From: Bacteriovoracaceae bacterium
GTDB lineage: Bacteria > Bdellovibrionota > Bacteriovoracia > Bacteriovoracales > Bacteriovoracaceae
Assembly: GCA_018649885.1 (NCBI GenBank)
Contig: JABIHA010000011.1
Span: 1-64,000 of the forward strand
DNA length: 64,000 nucleotides
Direction: 5' to 3'
Made by a program: the position numbers and the translations under genes. The notes beneath the pieces are model-generated. The model saw only the letters and a list, made by a program, of their open reading frames with translations, ran no database searches and was not told the origin of the DNA. Positions 47,935-57,568 of this stretch are shown one piece after another (within the stretch, counting starts at the first letter, position 1; each line of letters starts with the position of its first letter).

Positions 47935-48804
47935 TTACCACTGTGGATCAACTAAGTCGCCGTAGGCATCAGGCCTTCTGTCCCTGAAAAATTGGTAATT
48001 GTGTCTTACTTCTTCAATAAGTGAAAAGTCACAGTCAGCGATCACAACTTCATCACGGTTCTCTGCTCCTTCACTAACAATCACGCCTTTTGGATCTACA
48101 ATATAGCTATTTCCATAGAACTCACCATGGCGCCATGGCTCTTCCCATCCATGCCTATTACTTGTGGCCACAAAAACACCGTTGGCACAGGCCAGAGCAG
48201 GTTGTTCGATTTTCCACATATATTGGCTGGTTGATTTTACTGTTGCTGAGGGATTAAAAATGATTTCAGCTCCCCGCAAAGACAGTGCCCTTGCACCCTC
48301 AGGGAAATGCCTATCATAACAAATATAGACACCAATAGTGGCATACTTAGTTTTAAAAACGGGAAACCCTAAATTTCCAGGTTTAAAATAGTACTTCTCA
48401 CAAAAGCTTGAACCTTGCGGAATATGAATTTTCCGATATTTTCCAAGACAGCTTCCATCAGCATCAAAAACAGCTGCCGTATTGTAGTAAACTCCAGTTT
48501 TTTCTTTTTCATAAACAGGAGCAATGATCACCATATTGTGTTTTTTAGCGGCCTTTGAAATAATTTGAAGAGTTGGACCACCTGGTACCTCTTCCGCAAA
48601 TTCGTACCACTTTTTATCTTCTGTGGCACAAAAATAAGGTCCGTTGAATACTTCTTGTAAGCCTAGTATCTGAACTCCCGACTCTGCTGCCTGATCTATT
48701 AATCCAAGGTGTTTTTCAACCATAGCACAACGCATCTCTTCCATGCTTCCCGTAGTCTTTGGGGTACTACACTGGATAAGTCCAACTTTCACAGTTTTTG
48801 CCAC
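47935..48804 (-). CDS. Nitrilase-superfamily N-carbamoyl amidohydrolase (beta-ureidopropionase-like)
   Basis: Catalytic triad motifs LQEVFNGPYFC, YRKIHIP, ICYDRHFPE; FFRDRRP. Confidence 0.9.
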   Translation of the reverse strand: MAKTVKVGLIQCSTPKTTGSMEEMRCAMVEKHLGLIDQAAESGVQILGLQEVFNGPYFCATEDKKWYEFAEEVPGGPTLQIISKAAKKHNMVIIAPVYEKEKTGVYYNTAAVFDADGSCLGKYRKIHIPQGSSFCEKYYFKPGNLGFPVFKTKYATIGVYICYDRHFPEGARALSLRGAEIIFNPSATVKSTSQYMWKIEQPALACANGVFVATSNRHGWEEPWRHGEFYGNSYIVDPKGVIVSEGAENRDEVVIADCDFSLIEEVRHNYQFFRDRRPDAYGDLVDPQW

Positions 48805-50045
48805 AATCTCTCTCCTTGCTCACGACAAAACTTTAAAATTTCGTCTTCATCTTGTTTAACTATTTTTTTCTCTTTAACAATGAATTCGCCAGAAGAAATC
48901 ACGCTATCTACATGTCTTTCACTGAGCCCATAAAAAAAGTGCCCTAAAAAGTTCTGATCATTGATCTCGGTTGGTGAGTCATAATTAAATACCACTAAAT
49001 TATCACCGCCGTCACCAGCAATTTGGTTTTCTTTCAAATACCTATGTGAATTCCTAAAAATCTGGTAGCACAACCCCATATCAGCTCCTCCATCAGAGTG
49101 CTGATCTAGAAAAAAGACCCTCGCTGATTGGATCATATTAGAATGCATACCATCTGTACCTAGCATCACCCTATCAGGATTAAGACCTGATATATCAAAT
49201 TTGCCTACCCCATTGTTTTGATTACTTTCCGTACTTACAACAATAGAACAGGCAGAGTCTTTTAATAGCTTTCTTTCATTGTCACTCAGGTGAAGACAAT
49301 GGGCCAAAATCGTTTTCTTATTTCTTAGAAAACCGTAGTCAGCAAGTCTTTCTACAACTGATTTACCGTATTTCTTTTGGCAATCACTTTGATCACACAG
49401 ATCTTCTGCAACATGAATGTGAATCCCGCTATCATAGCGATCCACCAAAGTACGGGCACTGGCCAGCAAAGAATCTGAAACAGTAAAAGAGGCGTGAAGG
49501 CCTATCAGGCCGTGTCCGCTTTCCAGAAAACGAGACGTTTCTAAAAGTCCATCTTCTAGGCATTTTTGTCCATCTCTATCTGATAGCTCAAGGCATAAAT
49601 GGTGAGATAATCCAAGAGACTCAAATGCCTCTTTAATAGTACCCAGAACGCCATTACTAAAGTTAGGGGAGCTGTGATGATCGATGACAAAAGTTGACCC
49701 GGCCTTTGCTAGTTGCAAGGCAGTTCCTAGGGCACTGGCACGAACCATATCGCGGTCTAACTTCTTATCTAGATTCCACCATATGGATTTTAATATTTCT
49801 TCAAAATTAGTGGGGGCCTTTTTGGGATAAGGCATTCCTCGTGCCAAAAGCGAATAAGCGTGATGATGGCCACAAACAAATGACTTCGTAACCCATTTAC
49901 CACCCAGATCATATTCACTACTACCCGATTTACCGTGTCCGGAACAAAGCTTTTCCATTTTGCCACAATCGAGCAAAAGATCACCCTTAAAGATTTTCAA
50001 ATTAGTAGGGTCAATGTAGCTCGCATTTTTTAATAGTAGAGACAC
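48789..50045 (-). CDS. ssnA: SsnA-like amidohydrolase
   Basis: CGHHHAYSLLARGM, IDHHSSP, GLHASFT, HIHVAED, AHC, GTDG. Confidence 0.85.
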   Translation of the reverse strand: MSLLLKNASYIDPTNLKIFKGDLLLDCGKMEKLCSGHGKSGSSEYDLGGKWVTKSFVCGHHHAYSLLARGMPYPKKAPTNFEEILKSIWWNLDKKLDRDMVRASALGTALQLAKAGSTFVIDHHSSPNFSNGVLGTIKEAFESLGLSHHLCLELSDRDGQKCLEDGLLETSRFLESGHGLIGLHASFTVSDSLLASARTLVDRYDSGIHIHVAEDLCDQSDCQKKYGKSVVERLADYGFLRNKKTILAHCLHLSDNERKLLKDSACSIVVSTESNQNNGVGKFDISGLNPDRVMLGTDGMHSNMIQSARVFFLDQHSDGGADMGLCYQIFRNSHRYLKENQIAGDGGDNLVVFNYDSPTEINDQNFLGHFFYGLSERHVDSVISSGEFIVKEKKIVKQDEDEILKFCREQGERLWQKL

Positions 50046-52606
50046 TACAGACTACCTTCTATAGGCAGTACGTACCTACGTTTTTTATCAAAAGTATATA
50101 GAGCATTTGTGACAGCAGGGGCCGTTGGGACAAGGCCTATCTCCCCCACTCCTTTAGCTCCGTAGGGGCCAAACTGATCTTTGACTTCCACACCACTAAC
50201 CACAAACTTTGGCGTTTCTTTGGCCCTTAAAACTCCGCAGTCTTTTAATTTCAGTGATACTGGTTTTGAATCGACACACCTCATATTCTCTTTCAAGGCA
50301 TAGCCAAGGCCCATGTGAAGAGAGCCCTCAATTTGTCCTTCAAAAAGTACCGGGTTCATAATCTTTCCGGCGTCGTGACAAGCATAGATAGTATCAATTT
50401 TGCCTTGGTCATCTAAAACTACTACTTGAGTGGCATAACTATAAGAGTAGTGTGTAATGACCTCACCATTTTTTTCAGCACCAGGCTTCGTGGTAAAATC
50501 ACATATCCACTCTCCAGGAAAACTCATTCCACCTAGTTGTGATAAATCACCGCCTTTTAGATTTTCTTTAATTTTTGAACAGGCATTAATCAAAGCGTTC
50601 CCTACAAGTGAGGTGGCCCTTGAGGCCGTGGTCATTCCTGTAAAAGCATCTGCTTCACTTGTTTCAACTTTTATGGTGACATTTTCTGGGTTAACATCCA
50701 ATTCTTCGCAAACTGTTTGCAAGGCCATGGTATCCACACCTTGTCCCATTTCAGTCCACCCATGAAAAACAGTCAACTTACCAGCACGATCAATATAGAT
50801 TTTGACTTTACTGGAGTCTGGCATGCCATTGCCTATTCCTGTATTTTTTATTCCACAGGCAATTCCAGCATACTTAGCACTTTGGAAAACATCTTTCAAA
50901 GACTCAAGCGTTTGTCTTACCCCCACACCAGACGATAATTTTTGTCCTGTGGATGTCTGGCAGCCTTCAGTTAGAGCATTCTCATAACGAAACTGCCAAC
51001 GATCAAAGCCACCCTTTTCGCACAATTCATCAATACAAGATTCAAGTGCAAAGGTTGCCTGATTGGCACCAAAGCCTCTCATAGCACCACACGGTAAATT
51101 ATTTGTATAAACAGACTTGGCCTCTACGTCTACGCAGGGAACATTGTATGCTCCCGTGGCGTGGCCTGCTGCTCTTTCTAATACCTTCATTCCCACTGAG
51201 GCATAAGCACCGGTATCACCCAGTATATTGGCCTTAACAAATTTTAGTTTACCTTTACTATCACACCCAACTCTATAGTCCATCCACAGAGGGTGTCTTT
51301 TCACTGACATCCTAATAGACTCTTCCCTGTTGAGAGCGAGTTTCACAGTCTTTCCAGTAGTAAAACTCATTAAGGCACAATGACCTTGTACAGATAGGTC
51401 TTCTTTTCCACCAAAGCCACCGCCATTGGGAACTAAAACCACATTAATTTTATCTACAGGCAAATTTAAAATCAAAGCAATTTGCCTTTGATCTTCATAC
51501 ACACCTTGTCCTTGAGAATAAAGCTCAATAGCGTCTCCTCTCATTCGAGAGATCGCCACTTCAGGCTCCATATAAGCATGTTCAATTCTCTGTGTTTCAT
51601 AAACACCAGAAGACACAAATTCACATTCCGCTTCAACCTCACAAGCCTCGCCCCCTCTTTTCACAACACATACATCTAAGAGGTTGGTTTCACCGTGAAT
51701 CACAGGGCTTGTGGCCTCCAAAGCTTTGTGCATATCACTGACTGGAGTCAATACTTCATACTCAACATTAATTAACTCAAGCGCTGCCCTCGCATTATCT
51801 GAGGAATCGGCAACAACTGATGCCACTACATCGCCCATATAGTTGGTGGTTTCACCGACGGCGATCATCACCGGCCAATCCTTTCGAATCAGACCTACAA
51901 CTCTTTCACCTGGAATATCTTGTGCAGTTAAAACTTTGACCACACCTGCTGCACCTCGGGCCTTAGTTGTATCTATTTTTAAAACACGGGCTCTCGGGTG
52001 ATCACAATATTTCAAAGCACCATAGTGCGTTTCTTCGAATCTCAGATCGTCAACATATGGCCTCATTCCCAGGGCCGTTTTCATAGCGTCGACTTTGGGG
52101 ATAAAGGTGCCCACTTTCCCAGAAAATTTGGGAATTTCAATTTCTTTACCCTCTCTAATATGAGCTGCTGCAAATCCAATGGCCTGGGTAATTTTGGTGT
52201 ACCCAGTACACCGACACAAGTGAGGGTTAAGTGCAGCTACAATTTGTTGATCTGAAGGAGATGGGTTTTTCTCTAAGAAAACCTTGGCCCTAGCAATAAT
52301 GCCTGGAATACAAAACCCACATTGAACCGCGCCTTTAATAGCAAAGGCACCACCAAGGGTTCTTTGCAGGTATTCAGAAAATCCCTCTATAGTTGAAACC
52401 CTCTTGCCCTCCACTCTTTTCATGGGAGTGATACAAGATAAAACGGCCTTACCATCTAACTCGATAGTACAACATCCGCAGCTAGCTTGAGGTGAGCAAC
52501 CATTTTTAGGAGAAGTAATATTTAAATCATCCCTTAAAAAACTTAGGAGTGTTTTTGTGGGGTCTCCATCATAGCAGTGCTCTTTACCATTAACATGAAA
52601 CTCCAT
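50045..52606 (-). CDS. xdh: Selenium-dependent xanthine dehydrogenase-type molybdoenzyme (fused 2Fe-2S and Mo subunits)
   Basis: CSPQASCGCC, QCGFC, CRCTGY, GGGFGGK, AMRGFG, KNTGIGNG, KGVGEI; about 854 aa, no FAD domain. Confidence 0.9.
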   Translation of the reverse strand: MEFHVNGKEHCYDGDPTKTLLSFLRDDLNITSPKNGCSPQASCGCCTIELDGKAVLSCITPMKRVEGKRVSTIEGFSEYLQRTLGGAFAIKGAVQCGFCIPGIIARAKVFLEKNPSPSDQQIVAALNPHLCRCTGYTKITQAIGFAAAHIREGKEIEIPKFSGKVGTFIPKVDAMKTALGMRPYVDDLRFEETHYGALKYCDHPRARVLKIDTTKARGAAGVVKVLTAQDIPGERVVGLIRKDWPVMIAVGETTNYMGDVVASVVADSSDNARAALELINVEYEVLTPVSDMHKALEATSPVIHGETNLLDVCVVKRGGEACEVEAECEFVSSGVYETQRIEHAYMEPEVAISRMRGDAIELYSQGQGVYEDQRQIALILNLPVDKINVVLVPNGGGFGGKEDLSVQGHCALMSFTTGKTVKLALNREESIRMSVKRHPLWMDYRVGCDSKGKLKFVKANILGDTGAYASVGMKVLERAAGHATGAYNVPCVDVEAKSVYTNNLPCGAMRGFGANQATFALESCIDELCEKGGFDRWQFRYENALTEGCQTSTGQKLSSGVGVRQTLESLKDVFQSAKYAGIACGIKNTGIGNGMPDSSKVKIYIDRAGKLTVFHGWTEMGQGVDTMALQTVCEELDVNPENVTIKVETSEADAFTGMTTASRATSLVGNALINACSKIKENLKGGDLSQLGGMSFPGEWICDFTTKPGAEKNGEVITHYSYSYATQVVVLDDQGKIDTIYACHDAGKIMNPVLFEGQIEGSLHMGLGYALKENMRCVDSKPVSLKLKDCGVLRAKETPKFVVSGVEVKDQFGPYGAKGVGEIGLVPTAPAVTNALYTFDKKRRYVLPIEGSL

Positions 52607-52608
52607 CA

Positions 52609-53820
52609 CTACTCCTGGTTTAATACTTTGTTTAATTCTGTAGGAAGGGCCCCATAGAAGGCCATTGATACTACTAAGTCATCAATTTTAACTCTGTCAT
52701 TGGTGGTATGAGAGTCCTCTTCTTGCCCAGGTCCCTGACCAATTGTGGGAATGCCTAGCCTGCCCATACTTGATACACCATTTGTGCTGAAAACCCATTT
52801 TGAAATCACAGGATTTTCCTGGCGTCTCACATTTTTGATTGCATTTGCACCTGCGACTACAAGTGGATGATTTTCCTCTAGCGCCCAGGTAGGGAAGTAA
52901 CATTCCTGGGTTAAACTTTTCTTCTTATAAGAAGGAGTATCATAATTTGGTATATAAATTTCCATAGACTCACTATCAAAGCTCGAAAGTTCTTTAATTT
53001 GTGAAATAGCGAGTTCTTTGTCTTCTCCAAAAGTAAGTCGTCTATCGATATGAATTTCACATCCATCTGGGACAGCACAAAGGCTTGGAGTATCACATTG
53101 AATATGAGTGACAGCAAGAGTTCCCTTACCTAAGAATTCATCCATGTGTAATCTTTCGTTTAACTTTTCAAGATCTTCAATTAAGCGGTTCATTTTATAA
53201 ATAGCATTGTCACCTCTTTCTGGTGCTGAGCCATGACAAGAACGCCCCCTAGATTTCACCTTAATTTCCATTCTACCTCGATGGCCTCGGTATAAATCTA
53301 AATCAGTACACTCACCTAAACAAACAAAACTCACGTCTTTAATGGTATTTTCAAGAGCGTATTGAAGTCCCAGTCCATCACAGTCTTCCTCTTGAACAGA
53401 GCCCACCACATAAATTGAAAACTGGCTGAGATCAAGGCCCATCTCTTTAAATATTTTGGCCCCGTAGACTTGAACTGCACTGGCCGCTTTATTATCGCTG
53501 GCGCCTCTACCGTAAATATAACCAGCTTCAACTTTTCCCTCAAAAGGATCAAAGCTCCAGTTATTGGGGTTTCCAATTCCAACTGTATCAATATGGCCAT
53601 CAAAGACAATTTTAATAGGCCCTGAGCCCATACGTCCTATGACATTACCGTAGTCATCACTAAATGCCTGATCGAAGCCTACAGCTTCCATCTCACTAAT
53701 GATTCTATTTGCCACCGCTTCCTCTCCAGTACTAAAACTGGGAAGAGCAATAATATCTCTTAAAAACTTGGCACAATTACCGCGGTATTTTTCCGCCAAT
53801 TGATTTGCATTATTTGTCAT
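52609..53820 (-). CDS. ygeY: YgeY-family M20 hydrolase
   Basis: FDGHIDTV, GRGASDNK, QEEDCDG, GHRGR, WVFSTNG. Confidence 0.9.
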   Translation of the reverse strand: MTNNANQLAEKYRGNCAKFLRDIIALPSFSTGEEAVANRIISEMEAVGFDQAFSDDYGNVIGRMGSGPIKIVFDGHIDTVGIGNPNNWSFDPFEGKVEAGYIYGRGASDNKAASAVQVYGAKIFKEMGLDLSQFSIYVVGSVQEEDCDGLGLQYALENTIKDVSFVCLGECTDLDLYRGHRGRMEIKVKSRGRSCHGSAPERGDNAIYKMNRLIEDLEKLNERLHMDEFLGKGTLAVTHIQCDTPSLCAVPDGCEIHIDRRLTFGEDKELAISQIKELSSFDSESMEIYIPNYDTPSYKKKSLTQECYFPTWALEENHPLVVAGANAIKNVRRQENPVISKWVFSTNGVSSMGRLGIPTIGQGPGQEEDSHTTNDRVKIDDLVVSMAFYGALPTELNKVLNQE

Positions 53821-54964
53821 TTTCAACCTCATTCAAAATACGCTGATAATTTCCAGGGTCCGTGTCACCTTCGGTGCTAATAATAAGAATTTTAGAATCG
53901 ACTCCGATCCCCAGCTCTTGCTTTGTTTTTTCAAATTTTGGATCTCTCATTAAGGCGAGAAGTCCACCCATTCCAGCGGCTCCCGACTCTCCTGAAATAA
54001 TTTTCTGATCGTTCCCTACGGGTCTGCCTAAAACTTTCATGGCATCTTTGGCATCATCATCAGAGATTGACATAAAACCATACATCATCTGTTTAATCAC
54101 GGGCCATGCTATCATTGACGGAGTTCCACAGTTTAGCCCCGCCATAATTGAATCTTGGGCGCCGTTAGAGGATTTCATCTCTCCACCCTCATTTTCAATT
54201 GAAACCAAGAGACAATCAGCATCTGTTGGCTCAACACAAATAAGTCTAGGCCTTTTTTCCTGATACTTAACACCGTAATACCAGCTAGCAGCTGCTGCAA
54301 GTCCTCCGACTCCTGCCTGGAGAAAAACGTAATCCACTCCAGGATCACTATCAGTGCCCATGGTGCTTTCAAGCTCTCTAAAAATAGTAGAGTACCCGCT
54401 CATTATATACTTTGGAATCTCCATATAGCCTTCATAGGCAGTATCGGAGATAACCTGCCAACCATTTTTGCTGGCGTCGCTGGCCGCCTGTAAAACGGTG
54501 TCGTCATAGTGACTGGGAACAACGACTACTTCAGCTCCTTCTGATTTAATTGAATCAATTCTGGCCGAAACTGTGTTTTGGGGAACGTAGATAACGGCCT
54601 TAACACCTAGTTTTTTTGCTGACCACGCCACCGCCCTTCCGTGGTTGCCATCAGTTGCTGTACAAAAGGTCATACCTTCAGGGTTTTGCGACTGCTGGTT
54701 TTGTTCCATCCATTTGTGAGCAGCGTAACTTGCACCTAGAGCTTTAAAAGCGTTTAAATTAAAACGTGTTGACTCATCTTTCACCCAAAGCTTACCCACT
54801 CCGAGCTCAGCTGCCAATGAGGGAAGCTCCACAAGAGAGCTGGCCTGGTAGCCTTCTATTTTTTGATGAAACTCTAAAACCCCATCTGTTTCCAAGTGAT
54901 AAATTGGCTCCACATTTAACTTATTTTCCCAATATGGATTCTTACTCCACCTTGCAATACTCAT
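53810..54964 (-). CDS. dpaL: Diaminopropionate ammonia-lyase (YgeX/DpaL)
   Basis: KDESTRFNLNAFKALGASYA PLP lysine, ATDGNHGR, QAGVG, MAGLNCG, GESGAAG, STEGDTDP. Confidence 0.95.
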   Translation of the reverse strand: MSIARWSKNPYWENKLNVEPIYHLETDGVLEFHQKIEGYQASSLVELPSLAAELGVGKLWVKDESTRFNLNAFKALGASYAAHKWMEQNQQSQNPEGMTFCTATDGNHGRAVAWSAKKLGVKAVIYVPQNTVSARIDSIKSEGAEVVVVPSHYDDTVLQAASDASKNGWQVISDTAYEGYMEIPKYIMSGYSTIFRELESTMGTDSDPGVDYVFLQAGVGGLAAAASWYYGVKYQEKRPRLICVEPTDADCLLVSIENEGGEMKSSNGAQDSIMAGLNCGTPSMIAWPVIKQMMYGFMSISDDDAKDAMKVLGRPVGNDQKIISGESGAAGMGGLLALMRDPKFEKTKQELGIGVDSKILIISTEGDTDPGNYQRILNEVENDK

Positions 54965-56916
54965 GCTCTCTCCTCAAATGCTTTAATAAGACTAACACCG
55001 CCATCATGCCCAAGCTGGGTGCCTCGAAAAATTGCTTTTAATATATTAAAACTCACAAGATCAAGATTGCCTGGTGCTTCGCCTGCTTCTGAAATAGTTT
55101 TTGCACTTTTAGGTCGGCCTTCAGCATCAAATTCCACATCATAATTTTTTGTGGATAGTGAAAAGTCCAACTCTCCCCTTGTAAAAGTGAAATATTCACC
55201 ATTAATTCTTCCCAGCAATGTACGACCGTCTTTTAAATAAAATCCATCAAATTCACTTTCATCAAACAGTTTTTCCATTAAGAAGAATTTGGGTTTCACA
55301 ATATAGGGTCCGCCAAGCTCAGGACAAAAAGTGTCGCAATTACTGCAGCTATTGCAAAATTCTACAATATTCCCTATTTGTATTTTTTTGTGCAGTATAA
55401 ATTCTGCACCTTCGTCAAAGCTAATTTTACCCTGATCGTTGATCAGGGTATATCTTTTTTCGCTTACCTCACCAATGGGCAAATAAAAATTGGCTCCATT
55501 GGGACAGACGGGGATACAAATATTACAGCTCAAACAATCAAAGAGCTCTAGTTCCACATCTGTCTTTCTGGGATCTTTCTTATTTTTCTCAAAATGATAG
55601 TAGTCATTATCTTCAAGTGTTTTACACACTCTTGTGGCATTAATAAGTCCAGCTTCTGCAAGATCTTCTGAGCTACTACCGGCATTACTCAAAATTAATT
55701 CTTCGAGAGTTTTCACTCCCGACTCTTCCATCGCCTGGTAAATTTTATCAATATATTTTTTGAGTCGAAGATAACCTCCTTTTTTAAGAAGGTCTGTGCA
55801 CATGCTTACAGGAGTCATATTGCACAATACTGTGTCGACTATATTTGTAGTGTCAACACCTGCTGAGAATGAAACCGGAAAGTCGGCCCCTACTTGGGAG
55901 CGAAACTGATGCATGGTATTCATGGAGATAACATGAAGTGGTGCTCCTGAGAGATATTGCTCACTGCCAGCAAGATTTGAATGATCCCCTTCCACCACTA
56001 AGGTGTTGGTAAATTTAGCACCAAAGTGCTTTCCTTTTTTCTCACCATACTCTCTAAGTCTTTTCATCATTTGAACACCTTCAGAAAAATTTAAATCGTG
56101 TTCAAAGGCCTTGAGAGGAAGACCAATATGTGAGTAGCCCATTTTATCATGTAAGAGCTCACCCACTTTTTGATGACCTAGAAGCGTGGGATTCATTTTA
56201 ACAATCACATCGAGGCCAAACTCATCAAAGAGGTAGTGGACAATTTTTTCAATTTCATCCCTAGGGCAGCCATGAAATGTGGAAAGAGTAATGGAGTGTG
56301 AAATTTTGGGGCAATAATCAATAGACTTTAAATGATTAAAGCGCTCTGGAAGCAGGCCTATCTCTTTTTCAATAATTTTCGAAGCATCCATCATATTGTG
56401 GATCCAACTACTGACTTGAGGCGAAGAAATTCCCGCCAGATCATAGCCAACGGATAAATCAAAATAACAGTGGTAAAAATCTGAGCCTTTTGGAATTTCT
56501 AAAAGCTCTAGCTCTTCAATAATCTTGAGTAGCATCCAGGCCCTGACATATTCATCAAGGGATGCCTCAAGTTTCAACTCCTGAGACCACTCGACGTTAT
56601 AACAAATATTTCTAGCATCAATACATGGCCTTGGAATTTCAAGGCCATCCAAAACTTGAACAGTTTTAAGTTCCATAATCCTGGCCCCTCCCAAAAATGA
56701 GAGGATAATATTTTGTATCATCTGAGTGTGAGGTCCGGCTGCTGGTCCAATAGGAGTATAAACACTGGCCCCATGAAAGGATGTGGAAATATCGTATTGG
56801 TCATGGCCTTTGTACATTTTTGATAAAGGAATGCCATAGATAGATTTCTGATTTTGACATTCATTTAAAATAGCATCTAGATGCCTTGTCAAAGACATCC
56901 CAAATAGATCAATCAT
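54961..56916 (-). CDS. ygfK: Short YgfK-like oxidoreductase (N-terminal barrel plus C-terminal 2x[4Fe-4S], lacking the central flavin/NAD(P)H module)
   Basis: TPIGPAAGPHTQ, ELKTVQ, YNVEWS, TLSTFHGCP, KFTNT; CLSCNICIPVCP and CNSCSNCDTFCP; 651 aa. Confidence 0.8.
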   Translation of the reverse strand: MIDLFGMSLTRHLDAILNECQNQKSIYGIPLSKMYKGHDQYDISTSFHGASVYTPIGPAAGPHTQMIQNIILSFLGGARIMELKTVQVLDGLEIPRPCIDARNICYNVEWSQELKLEASLDEYVRAWMLLKIIEELELLEIPKGSDFYHCYFDLSVGYDLAGISSPQVSSWIHNMMDASKIIEKEIGLLPERFNHLKSIDYCPKISHSITLSTFHGCPRDEIEKIVHYLFDEFGLDVIVKMNPTLLGHQKVGELLHDKMGYSHIGLPLKAFEHDLNFSEGVQMMKRLREYGEKKGKHFGAKFTNTLVVEGDHSNLAGSEQYLSGAPLHVISMNTMHQFRSQVGADFPVSFSAGVDTTNIVDTVLCNMTPVSMCTDLLKKGGYLRLKKYIDKIYQAMEESGVKTLEELILSNAGSSSEDLAEAGLINATRVCKTLEDNDYYHFEKNKKDPRKTDVELELFDCLSCNICIPVCPNGANFYLPIGEVSEKRYTLINDQGKISFDEGAEFILHKKIQIGNIVEFCNSCSNCDTFCPELGGPYIVKPKFFLMEKLFDESEFDGFYLKDGRTLLGRINGEYFTFTRGELDFSLSTKNYDVEFDAEGRPKSAKTISEAGEAPGNLDLVSFNILKAIFRGTQLGHDGGVSLIKAFEERA

Positions 56917-57058
56917 AGTAGCTCACGTTCCAATTTTTATTAGTTAGCTATGGTACCCAAGTTTCACTAGCACTCCAAGCCATTCTTAAGCTAGTGCTGC
57001 AACATGTCCTGGGCAAGCTCTACTTCTTTTCCTACAATAGGAAAAAAGGAAGGCAGCA

Positions 57059-57535
57059 ATGAAAAAAATTCTCCATATTTTGGTTTTTATCGCGATATTT
57101 GGGTGTGCAACTACAGACTCCTCTCAGAGCACATTAACTTTTCATGAAAAATCCTCAAAACTGATCAGCAAGAGGGCCGTTAGGAATCTAAAGAAGCTCA
57201 TTAAGGCCTCTGGCTTCAAAATTATTAAGGTCCTCGATTATCAACGGGAGGCCAGAAAACTAGGGCTAAACTTGGGCACCTATCAAGTCATTACCTTCAC
57301 TCACGCTGCAAGGCTGTCACAAATCATTGAAAGTAACCCCACACTTGGGCTCGACTTACCTCTCAAAATACTTCTAGTACAAGACGATGATGGACGATCA
57401 AAAATTCTCTACAACGACCCTATGGAGCTGATCGCCAGACACTCAATTACCAGTGAAGTCTCTAAAGAACATATTCAACAAATTTCTGGGGAGTTTGAAA
57501 AAATAACATCTCAGTTTAGTGAGCAAAGAAAGTAA
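57059..57535 (+). CDS. DUF302-like lipoprotein
   Basis: Lipobox IFGC; GLDLPLKILL..D...YNDP. Confidence 0.75.
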   Translation: MKKILHILVFIAIFGCATTDSSQSTLTFHEKSSKLISKRAVRNLKKLIKASGFKIIKVLDYQREARKLGLNLGTYQVITFTHAARLSQIIESNPTLGLDLPLKILLVQDDDGRSKILYNDPMELIARHSITSEVSKEHIQQISGEFEKITSQFSEQRK

Positions 57536-57562
57536 AAGGCACTCGGCCTTTTACTTTCCTTT
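57528..57562. terminator. Bidirectional terminator
   Basis: GAAAGTAAAAGGC-actcg-GCCTTTTACTTTC between convergent genes. Confidence 0.75.
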
Positions 57563-57568
57563 TAACTT

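Noticed and set aside
50045..56916. Selenocysteine UGA recoding in the Se-linked cluster
   Set aside because: All ORFs are continuous without internal TGA; this Xdh type uses a labile Se cofactor rather than Sec.
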